Below are positions 45,162 to 53,314 of a stretch of 64,000 nucleotides of DNA, piece after piece (the first letter of the stretch is position 1; every line of letters begins with the position of its first letter). The stretch is from Polyangiales bacterium (GTDB lineage Bacteria > Myxococcota_A > Polyangia > Polyangiales > Polyangiaceae): assembly GCA_038231275.1 (NCBI GenBank), contig JBBRLQ010000008.1, positions 160,001 through 224,000 of the forward strand. The letters run 5' to 3'. The notes under the pieces are model-generated. The model ran no database searches, was not told the DNA's origin, and saw only the letters and a program-made list of their open reading frames with translations. The position numbers and the translations under genes were made by a program.

Positions 45162-45582
45162 GGCGAGCGATTTCGAGGTCGAGGTCTTCTACGACGGCGC
45201 GTGCCCGCTCTGCATGCGCGAGATCTCGATGCTGCAACGGTTGGACCGGCGCGCGCGCATCCGATTCACCGACATCGCGTCGGGAACCTTCGATCCCGCC
45301 ACGCTCGGGCTCACGATGGACGACATGATGAAGCGCATCCGTGCGCGCTTGCCGAGCGGCGAGCTCATCGATGGCGTGGAGGTCTTTCGCAGGCTCTACG
45401 CGGCGGTCGGCTTCGAGCGAGCGGTGGCGGTGAGCCGATTGCCCGGAGTCTCGAGCATTCTCGACCTCGGCTACTCGCTCTTCGCGGCGAACCGCCTGCG
45501 CCTCACGGGTCGTTGCGAGGCGGGGCAGACGGGCGCAACGTGCGACGTCACGACTCCCCCAGCGCGCCCGGCGGCAGGCTGA
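45151..45582 (+). CDS. DCC1-like (DUF393) thiol-disulfide oxidoreductase family protein
   Basis: [14 protein letters not shown] (DxxCxxC), [21 protein letters not shown]; start 45151 or 45160. Confidence 0.9.
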   Translation: MDNMASDFEVEVFYDGACPLCMREISMLQRLDRRARIRFTDIASGTFDPATLGLTMDDMMKRIRARLPSGELIDGVEVFRRLYAAVGFERAVAVSRLPGVSSILDLGYSLFAANRLRLTGRCEAGQTGATCDVTTPPARPAAG

Positions 45583-47281
45583 CCGCGTCCGCACCGGCGA
45601 CGCCGCGGAGCGCGTTCGTGAAGGCGCGTGCGTCTTGGAAGCGGTCCTCGGCGGCCGGCGCGACGGCGCGCGAGATGATCTTCTTCCAGTCCGGCGGGAT
45701 GACGACGCTCTGCACGCCGCTCTCGGCGACGCCCGGGGCCATCGACGGTTGACGCCATAGCTCGCTCGGCGACGTTGGCGGCGGCTCGCCGGTGAGGCAC
45801 TCGTAGAGCACCGCGCCGAGCGCGAAGATATCGCTGCGCGCGTCGACCGTGCCGCCCTCGGCCTGCTCGGGCGACATGTACCCCGGCGTTCCTACCGCCG
45901 AGCCCATGTTCGTGATGCGCGTCTCCTCCCATTCGACGCGCGCGATGCCGAAGTCGAGCACCTTCACGCGCTCGGTGTGCGGATCGCCCGGAATGGGGCA
46001 GAGGAAGATGTTCGACGGCTTCACGTCGCGATGCACGACCCCGGCCGCGTGAACCGCCCCGAGCGCGTCGGCGATCTGCAGCGCGAACGGCAGGAGCTCG
46101 GCGGGCGTGAGGCGGCCCTTCGTCTTGAGGCGCGCGGCGAGCGACTCGCCGGCGAGGAGCTCCATCACCATGTACGACGTGCCGTCGGCCAGGTGACCGT
46201 GATCGAGGACCTCGACGACGTTGGGATGCCACGCCAGGCCCAGCGCCTCGGCCTCGCGGCGAAGACGATCGGACGCGACGGCGTCGTGCGCGGCGGCGGC
46301 GCGGAGGAGCTTGATCGCGACCGGAACGCCGTCGGCGCTGCGCACGGCCTCGTAGATGACGCCGCTCGCGCCCGAGCCCATGCGTTGGCGGATCTTGTAC
46401 TGCCCGGCGACGACGGTCCCCACGAGATCGCCGGCCGCCTCGCGCTCCGGGTTGTCGCGGAGATACAGGCCGCGCTCGAGGGCGTTGACGCGTGCGACCT
46501 GCGCGAGCGTCTCGGCGCGGCGCCTGCGATCGCGCGCCCACGACGCGCCGAGGAGCGCGCCGGCGCACGTGGCGACCGCGAGCGCCGTCTCGGTGCCGAT
46601 CGTCGGATGAAAGAGCACGGGCAACGCGAGGAGGCCGGCGCCGAGCGCGCACCCGATCGCGATCGCGCGCGGGCTGCTGGGGACACTCCACCGCACCTCG
46701 AACGTCTGCGCCACGACGCCGGTGTCGCTCGGCGTCGACGCGTGTGCGACGACCTCGACGTTGCTGTAGCCGAAGAGCGCCGGGATCGCGCGGAGCTCGG
46801 CGGCGCGCTGGACGGCGAGGAGACCGTCCTTCTCGAGCGCCGGATCGTGCGCGAGCACCACCCTCCCCTCCCAAAGGCCCGGGCGCGCGTTCGTCGTCTC
46901 CCAGCGCGTCGTTCGGCCGTACTCGCTGTCGGCCCCTTCGAGGCGCGGGAACGCCTCCTCGGGTCCCTTTGCGCCGCGCAGCGCGCGCATCCACACGCCG
47001 ACGTTGTCGGGCTCGAGGAGCCGCGGCCAAGACTCCCCCACCGCCTCGCGCGACAGGCGAGCGACGAACGAGACGAGCCCATCGTGGAGCGTCGTCAGAG
47101 GAATCTGGCGCGTCTCGTCCTCGAGGTCTTGCCTCGCGACCGTCAGCGCCGCCAGCCACGCGTCGGCGACCTCCGCCCCCTTCCGCGCCTCGAGCTCCTT
47201 GAGGAGAGCCTTGAGCTTCGAGGCGGTGCACTGCCCCGCGGGGAAGGAACGGCGGTTCACGAGGATCCTCCCAGGAAGCAT
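45548..47281 (-). CDS. Ser/Thr protein kinase with N-terminal sensor-like domain and two TM segments
   Basis: [38 protein letters not shown]. Confidence 0.92.
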   Translation of the reverse strand: MLPGRILVNRRSFPAGQCTASKLKALLKELEARKGAEVADAWLAALTVARQDLEDETRQIPLTTLHDGLVSFVARLSREAVGESWPRLLEPDNVGVWMRALRGAKGPEEAFPRLEGADSEYGRTTRWETTNARPGLWEGRVVLAHDPALEKDGLLAVQRAAELRAIPALFGYSNVEVVAHASTPSDTGVVAQTFEVRWSVPSSPRAIAIGCALGAGLLALPVLFHPTIGTETALAVATCAGALLGASWARDRRRRAETLAQVARVNALERGLYLRDNPEREAAGDLVGTVVAGQYKIRQRMGSGASGVIYEAVRSADGVPVAIKLLRAAAAHDAVASDRLRREAEALGLAWHPNVVEVLDHGHLADGTSYMVMELLAGESLAARLKTKGRLTPAELLPFALQIADALGAVHAAGVVHRDVKPSNIFLCPIPGDPHTERVKVLDFGIARVEWEETRITNMGSAVGTPGYMSPEQAEGGTVDARSDIFALGAVLYECLTGEPPPTSPSELWRQPSMAPGVAESGVQSVVIPPDWKKIISRAVAPAAEDRFQDARAFTNALRGVAGADAVSLPPGALGES

Positions 47282-47389
47282 CGCACCAAAGACGAGCGCG
47301 CCATAGTCCGCACGAGGGCGAAATGTGGGGGGGCGTGGGCGAGCGGCCCCCCACTAAAGGTTTGCGCAGGCGAACCGTTCGCCAGGCCG

Positions 47390-48253
47390 ATGTCCACCGA
47401 GAGTACGACGGTCGTGGTGGTCGAGGATGACGTCGCGATTCGCGGGTTTGCCTCCCACGTCTTGCGAAAGCGAGGCTTCACGGTGCTCGAAGCGGCGACC
47501 GCCGAGGTCGCGCTGGTGGTGCTCGGGACCCTCGAGCGCGGCGTGGCGCCGGTGATCCTCTCGGACAAATGCCTCCCGGGCATGACCGGCCTCGACATGA
47601 TCGAGCGCGCGCGCGACGTCGTGGAGGATTTCGAGGTGGTGCTCATGACCGCCTTCGCCGACAACGAGGCGCTGATGCGGAGCGTGGAGCTCGGTGTCTT
47701 CCGGTGCATCACCAAGCCCTTCCACGTCGCCGAGCTCGTCTCGGCGATCACGGCGGCGCGTGATGTCCTGGTCGCACGCTGCGGCGAACGCGCACAAGCG
47801 CACTCTCTCGAGGAGCGGAACGCCGAGCTCGAACGACGCCTGCGCGAAAGATCCGGGCGTCCCGCGAAATCGCACCGCCACGGAGCGCTGCCGCCGGGGC
47901 TTCGCATCCTCTTCGTCGACGACGACGCGCTCGTCCAGCGCGCCTACTCGCGTCTCTTCCCCCGTCAGAACGTGCGCCTGTCCACGAGCCCGCTGGCCGC
48001 GCTCGAGAGCCTCGCCCTCGAGCCGGCGGACATCATCGTGTGCGACATGCACATGCCGGAAATGGACGGCGTCACCTTCTGGAAGCGGCTGAACGAACTG
48101 GATCCGAAGCTCGCGGCGCGCGTCGTCTTCGTCTCGTCGGGGGAGGCCCAGTCGACGCGGGGCTCCACCGTCACGGCGAAGGTGCCGCTCGTGCAGAAGC
48201 CGTTCCAGGCCTCGGAGCTCGAAGGGACGGTCCTGCAGCTGCTCGCGTCGTAA
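47390..48253 (+). CDS. Response regulator with two receiver domains and no output domain
   Basis: REC1 VVEDD...ILSD..LPGMTG...MTA...KPF; REC2 FVDDD...VCDMHMPEMDG...VSS...KPF; coiled-coil linker. Confidence 0.88.
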   Translation: MSTESTTVVVVEDDVAIRGFASHVLRKRGFTVLEAATAEVALVVLGTLERGVAPVILSDKCLPGMTGLDMIERARDVVEDFEVVLMTAFADNEALMRSVELGVFRCITKPFHVAELVSAITAARDVLVARCGERAQAHSLEERNAELERRLRERSGRPAKSHRHGALPPGLRILFVDDDALVQRAYSRLFPRQNVRLSTSPLAALESLALEPADIIVCDMHMPEMDGVTFWKRLNELDPKLAARVVFVSSGEAQSTRGSTVTAKVPLVQKPFQASELEGTVLQLLAS

Positions 48254-48279
48254 CCCCCGTTTCGGGCTACGTTTCGCGG

Positions 48280-49590
48280 ATGGGCGAGCCGCTCTTGCAC
48301 GGTGCCGTCGTGCGTCGCGTCGACATCGCGGACGCGGTGGCGGCGCTCGAAGTGCGCGCTCCGGGAGAGACGAGCGTGGTCCTCGTGGGCATCGCGCGCG
48401 GGCTTCGTGGCGTGGGGATCGTGTCGAGCGACGAGCGCAGGGCAGCGTGGGAGACGCGGCTGCCGGCGGGAGCGACGCGCACACGCGGGGGCGCCGGAGC
48501 GCGCGTGGAGGGAGGGCGCATCGTCGGCGTGTCGGCGCGAACGGTAGGAATCGAAGCGGAGGGAGTGACCTTCGTGATCTCGATCGGCCCCCTGCGGATC
48601 GCCATCGCCGAGGGGACCGTCGACGGGCCGGACGGCGAGGACGTGCGGGCGGAGTACGAAGCGCGCGGCAAAGAGCTGCTCGCGGCGTTGCGTGCGGAGG
48701 CGCACGAGCGACGACGCGACGGCATCCTTCGCGCGATCCAGCGCGGCGTGTCGAAGCTGCAGCGGCGCATCGGCGCGATGCGCGGGGATCTGGCGCGCCT
48801 CGCCGACGCCGAAGCGCTCGCGGCGCAGGCGCAGTGGCTCATCGCGGCCGCCGTGCGCGCGCCGCGGGGCGCCAAGGAGCTGGAGGTCACCGACTGGTCG
48901 ACCGGCGAGGCACGACCGCTCGTGGTCCCGCTCGATCCCGCGAAGCCCGCGCGCGCACAAGTGGATGCGATGTTCCAGCGCGCGCGACGGCTCAAGCGCG
49001 GCGCGAAGATCGCCGAGGAGCGGATCGCGAAGGCCGGCGTGGTGGTGGAAGGGCTCGACGCGGCGTCGGAGCTGGCGCGCCGCGCGGAGGATGGGCGCGG
49101 ACTCGACGTCGCGCTCGCCAAGGCCCGCGCGCTGGCGCCGAGGGACGTCGCGCTCGACGCGGGACCGACCGGGCCCGGCTCTGCGCCGAAACAGACGAAG
49201 AGCGCGCCGTTTCGTACGTTCGTCGCGTCGGGCGGCGCGCGCATTCTCGTCGGCAAGGGGGCCGCGCAGAACGATCAGCTCACGTTCCAGAACGCGCGCC
49301 CCCACGACCTGTGGCTCCACGCGAAAGGACGCACCGGCGCGCATGTTGTCGTGCCGCTCGCCAAGAACACGACCTGCCCCGGCGATCTCCTCGTCGACGC
49401 GGCCCACCTCGCCGCCCATTTCTCGGAGGCCCGCGGCGACGGCGTGGTCGAGGTCCAGTACACGCCGCGCCGGTACTTGCGAAAGCCGCGCGGCAGCGCG
49501 CCAGGGCTCGTCGTCGTCGACAGAGAGAAGGTGCTGCCCGTGCGGCTGGAGGCCGGCAGGGTGGAGAGGCTCCTCGAGGCCGAAGAGTAG
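48280..49590 (+). CDS. NFACT / RqcH (FbpA, DUF814)-like protein
   Basis: VPLDPAK...FQRARRLKRG; NFACT-R-like ILVGKGAAQNDQLTF...DLWLHAKGRTGAHVV...LRKPRGSAPG. Confidence 0.85.
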   Translation: MGEPLLHGAVVRRVDIADAVAALEVRAPGETSVVLVGIARGLRGVGIVSSDERRAAWETRLPAGATRTRGGAGARVEGGRIVGVSARTVGIEAEGVTFVISIGPLRIAIAEGTVDGPDGEDVRAEYEARGKELLAALRAEAHERRRDGILRAIQRGVSKLQRRIGAMRGDLARLADAEALAAQAQWLIAAAVRAPRGAKELEVTDWSTGEARPLVVPLDPAKPARAQVDAMFQRARRLKRGAKIAEERIAKAGVVVEGLDAASELARRAEDGRGLDVALAKARALAPRDVALDAGPTGPGSAPKQTKSAPFRTFVASGGARILVGKGAAQNDQLTFQNARPHDLWLHAKGRTGAHVVVPLAKNTTCPGDLLVDAAHLAAHFSEARGDGVVEVQYTPRRYLRKPRGSAPGLVVVDREKVLPVRLEAGRVERLLEAEE

Positions 49591-49635
49591 GGTCGCCCCT
49601 CGGGAACTTCACCGCCTCGCGCGTGTCCACCCTGC

Positions 49636-51483
49636 ATGGCGCACGATCCGCTCGTCCTCCGCGCGTTCTGGGGTGACGATCTGCTGAGCACGATTCACGT
49701 AGACCGCCCCCGCGCCGTGTGGGCGCGCGAGTTGCCGCTCCCCGAAGGAACGACCGACTGGTGCGTCCTCGACGAGACGGCGCGGCTCGTGGGCCCCGAT
49801 GGCGCGGCGCAGACGATCCCCGCGGATGGAGAGGCGCGCGTGGAGGTCGGCGGCGTCACGCTGGTTGCCGAGCGACCGGGACCGCGCGCGTTCGCGGGAG
49901 CACCGCGACGGTCACGCGCGAAGGCGCTGCTCGCGGCGTCGGTGATCGCACACGTGGGCCTCTTGGCGATCGCCGCGGCCGCGCCCGAGACCTCGAAGGC
50001 CGACACCGACCGCGCGCGGCTCGCCGACCTGAAGGTCTACACGCTGGCCATCGCGCTTCGCGACGATCCGCGCTCCGATCCGCCGAACACCGTGGAGCCC
50101 GAAGAAGGCTCGATGGGGACGCGCGCGAAGGGCGAGGAGGGGCGACACTTCGCGGTGAAGGGGCCTGTCGCGGGTCCGGGGCTCGATCCGGCGGCCGCCC
50201 GCGCCGGCGCCCTCCGCGAGGCGGCGGAGTTCGGAATGATCGGGCTCCTCGCCACGGGCGAAGGCGGCGGAGGCACGGGGGGTGGATTCGGGCTCGGTGG
50301 GATCGGCACGAGCGGCGGAGGCGGAGGAGGCGGCACCGGCGCCAAGGCTTCGCCGTTCGTCCCTTCTCAGACCGCCGGTGTGCGCGCCGGAGAGTGGGAC
50401 GACAACGCGTCGTTCCGCGAGTTCACGGGATTCCTCGCGACGACCGGCCGCTCCTCGGGACGGTCGTGGACCCGCACGCTCGACGTGCGCGATCGTCAGT
50501 TCGTCGTCGTGCGCGACGCGAACGGAAAGGCGGTGCCCTCCTGTTGGCTCGACGTGCGCGACGCCCAAGGTCAAAAGACCCAGCTTCGCACCACCGCCGC
50601 CGGGCGCGCGCTCCTCTTTCCGCACGCCGAGGGCCTGTCCGCGCCGCTCACCGTCACCGCGCGCTGCGGCGTCGCCAACGGCGTCGCGACGGCGACCACG
50701 CTCGAGCCGGACGGCGCGATCGTGGTCGATTTGCCGGTGGCGCGCGCGGTCCCTTCGGCGCGGCGCGTTCAGCTCGGCTTCATCCTCGACACGACCGGCT
50801 CGATGTCCGAAGAGATCGCCGAGATCAAATCCACGATCCGGCAGGTGTCGCAGCTCCTCGGTCACGAGCAAATCGCCCTCGAGGTCGGCCTCGTCGAATA
50901 CAAAGATCACGGGGACGAGTTCGTCACGCGCGCGTACAAGCTGTCGCCGGATCTCGCGGCGTTCTCGCGGACGATCGATCACCTGTCGGCGGGAGGCGGC
51001 GGCGACGCGCCCGAGGCGGTGGAGGACGGTCTCCGCGCGGGTCTGGACGATCTCGGATGGTCGCTCGACAGCACCGTGAAGATGGCGTTCCTCGTCGGCG
51101 ACGCGCCGCCGCACGAGGATCAAGACGATCGGTACGCCCGCCAGGCGAAGCGGTACGCGCACGCGGGCATCCCGGTGTTCACCATCGCCGCGTCGGGCAT
51201 GGACACCTACGGACAGGTCGTGTGGCGCCAGGTCGCGCAGTACACCGGCGGCACGAACATGTTCGTCCTCCGCGGCGGCGCGGGCCCGCAGTCGGCGGGC
51301 GCCGGCGACCCGCTCACGAGCTGCGGCACGCGACAGACGCAGTACACGAGCGGCAACCTGCACCAGCTCGTCGTCGACAAGGTGAAGGGGCAGCTCGCCG
51401 CCGTCGACGCCGATCCGATGAAGATCCGCGGAAGAGGCCAGGACGAGCACCCGAGCGCATGCGCCCGCCTCGCGCAGCGCTAA
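49636..51483 (+). CDS. Membrane-anchored vWA-domain protein
   Basis: One TM segment, Gly-rich linker, MIDAS FILDTTGSM, GGGDAPE, LVGDAPPH. Confidence 0.85.
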   Translation: MAHDPLVLRAFWGDDLLSTIHVDRPRAVWARELPLPEGTTDWCVLDETARLVGPDGAAQTIPADGEARVEVGGVTLVAERPGPRAFAGAPRRSRAKALLAASVIAHVGLLAIAAAAPETSKADTDRARLADLKVYTLAIALRDDPRSDPPNTVEPEEGSMGTRAKGEEGRHFAVKGPVAGPGLDPAAARAGALREAAEFGMIGLLATGEGGGGTGGGFGLGGIGTSGGGGGGGTGAKASPFVPSQTAGVRAGEWDDNASFREFTGFLATTGRSSGRSWTRTLDVRDRQFVVVRDANGKAVPSCWLDVRDAQGQKTQLRTTAAGRALLFPHAEGLSAPLTVTARCGVANGVATATTLEPDGAIVVDLPVARAVPSARRVQLGFILDTTGSMSEEIAEIKSTIRQVSQLLGHEQIALEVGLVEYKDHGDEFVTRAYKLSPDLAAFSRTIDHLSAGGGGDAPEAVEDGLRAGLDDLGWSLDSTVKMAFLVGDAPPHEDQDDRYARQAKRYAHAGIPVFTIAASGMDTYGQVVWRQVAQYTGGTNMFVLRGGAGPQSAGAGDPLTSCGTRQTQYTSGNLHQLVVDKVKGQLAAVDADPMKIRGRGQDEHPSACARLAQR

Positions 51484-51568
51484 GTGGAGCCAAGCGCTGC
51501 GGAGCGAAACGCTCTGGGGGAAAGGCCTGCTCGGCTTTTCCAGTCAGGCCCTGGGCGCGCGCGACCGA

Positions 51569-53203
51569 TCAGTGTGCCTTGCGGCGCGTCGCGGGGCTGA
51601 GAATGAATGTGCCGGGCTTGAGCGGCTTTCCCCATGAGGCCGCCGTGAGGACCGGCTTCACGCACGCGTCGAACGTGTGGCTGTACGAATCGGTCGGGTG
51701 CCCTATCCCGGTGACGCTGCCGCGCCCGTCGACGGCCACGGTATACGACGTCGTGAGCGTGAGCACCTCGCTGCCTTGGTTGAAATCGGCGCTCGGCGTG
51801 GCTTGTGCGCACTGATCGACCTTGGCCATGAGCGGCGCCATCACGAAGTAGAGGTGCTCGACGTGGTAGACGCCCATCGCCTGGACCGCGAGCGTGGTAC
51901 GTCCGGCCGACGGCGACGACGCGAGGCTCCCCGCGTCCTCCTCTTGTGGAGGCGCAGGCGGCGCAGATGGTGGCGCGCCTCCCCCATGCACGACGACGGC
52001 GCCCGCCGAGGACGACGCAGACGGCGCGGCAGCGAGCGCGGCCGATCCATCCGGGGCGAGCACGGCCAAAGGCGCAGCGTCACCGGCCGCGGCATCCGAC
52101 AACGGCTTGGTCGCGGCTGGCCGCCGCCCGACGAGCACCTCGTTGTAGAGCCCCGCGATCACCACCGCGGCGCCCAGGATCGCTACGATCACGAGCAAGA
52201 CGCGCGATCCGTGCCCCGCGCCTTGCGTCGCCGCGGCAGGAGCGTGCATCGGACCGTATGTCGGCGCGTGGATCGGAGCGTACGTCGGCGCGGCGACCAT
52301 CGGCGGTTGGGAGAACGCCGCGGCCGGCGGGCTGGAGTGCTGCGCCGCCGAGAAGCTCGACGCCCAGGGCGCGAGCGCCGCGAGCATCTCGTCCGCCGAG
52401 CCGAAACGCGCGTTCGGATCTTTCGCCATCGCGCGCTCGACGATCTGCGCGAGCCCCACCGGCACGTCGGGTCGCAGCTGCACGATCGGCGTCGGCTGCT
52501 TCTCGTCGATCGCGAAGACGAGCTCGGGGAGGCTCGAGGCGTTGAACGGCAGGCGACCCGTAAGTGCATTATACATGCAAATTCCGACACCGTAGAGATC
52601 GGTGCGCGCATCGACGGGGCGCCCGCGGATCTGCTCGGGCGCCATGTACGCAGGCGATCCGACCATCGCGCCGGTGGCAGTGAGCTGAGCCGCGCGCGGA
52701 TCGCCGGCCTGCTTCACGACGCCGAAGTCGACGAGCTTCACGATGTCCGCCGCGGCCGAGGTGCTCGTGAGGAACACGTTGTCCGGCTTCACGTCGCGAT
52801 GCACGAGCCCCGCGCGGTGCGCGGCCGAGAGCGCCGACAGGACTTGCGCGGCCACGTGCACGACGCGCGCGGCCGGGAGGGCGCCTCCTTTGGCGACGAC
52901 CTCTTGGAGCGACGCGCCCTGCAGGAGCTCCATCACGAGGAACGGCGGCGGGCCGAGCTGGAAGTCGGTCACCTGCACGATGTTCGGATGCCCGAGCGCG
53001 GCGGCGGCCTGCGCCTCGCGCTGGAAGCGAGCGATCGCGTCGCCGATCAGGGCGAGCTCGTCGTAGACGACCTTCACCGCGACACGGCGGCCGAGCCCCT
53101 CTTGCACCGCCTCGTAGACGGCGCCCATCCCGCCTGAGCCGAGGAGCCGCGTCACGCGGTACCGCCCGCCGAGGAGGACGCCGGTGAGATCCCGAGGGGT
53201 CAT
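51569..53203 (-). CDS. Membrane Ser/Thr protein kinase with C-terminal extracytoplasmic domain
   Basis: LGSGGMGAVY, VAVK, HRDVKPDN, DFG, GSPAYMAPE; TM segment VLLVIVAILGAAVVIAGLY; start MTPRD at 53203. Confidence 0.93.
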   Translation of the reverse strand: MTPRDLTGVLLGGRYRVTRLLGSGGMGAVYEAVQEGLGRRVAVKVVYDELALIGDAIARFQREAQAAAALGHPNIVQVTDFQLGPPPFLVMELLQGASLQEVVAKGGALPAARVVHVAAQVLSALSAAHRAGLVHRDVKPDNVFLTSTSAAADIVKLVDFGVVKQAGDPRAAQLTATGAMVGSPAYMAPEQIRGRPVDARTDLYGVGICMYNALTGRLPFNASSLPELVFAIDEKQPTPIVQLRPDVPVGLAQIVERAMAKDPNARFGSADEMLAALAPWASSFSAAQHSSPPAAAFSQPPMVAAPTYAPIHAPTYGPMHAPAAATQGAGHGSRVLLVIVAILGAAVVIAGLYNEVLVGRRPAATKPLSDAAAGDAAPLAVLAPDGSAALAAAPSASSSAGAVVVHGGGAPPSAPPAPPQEEDAGSLASSPSAGRTTLAVQAMGVYHVEHLYFVMAPLMAKVDQCAQATPSADFNQGSEVLTLTTSYTVAVDGRGSVTGIGHPTDSYSHTFDACVKPVLTAASWGKPLKPGTFILSPATRRKAH

Positions 53204-53217
53204 CCTCCACGACAGTA

Positions 53218-53250
53218 GAGCAGAAGACGAGCAGAAGACGCGCAGAAGAG
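53218..53250. repeat. Three 11-bp direct repeats in a divergent promoter region
   Basis: GAGCAGAAGAC GAGCAGAAGAC GCGCAGAAGAG. Confidence 0.85.
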
Positions 53251-53314
53251 GTTGAACCGACAGACAAGGACCATCGAGGAGCCACGAACGGGGCGAAAGT
53301 GGTACAGATCCGGA

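Noticed and set aside
51484..51568. Small hairpins between convergent genes (possible REP-like element or sRNA)
   Set aside because: Single copy in the window with short stems; cannot be told apart from a bidirectional terminator or chance
53218..53250. CRISPR array or iteron interpretation of the short repeats (also 431-460, 44821-44970, 42940-43040)
   Set aside because: Units are too short, have no unique spacers, and there are no cas or rep genes; several are coding low-complexity linkers
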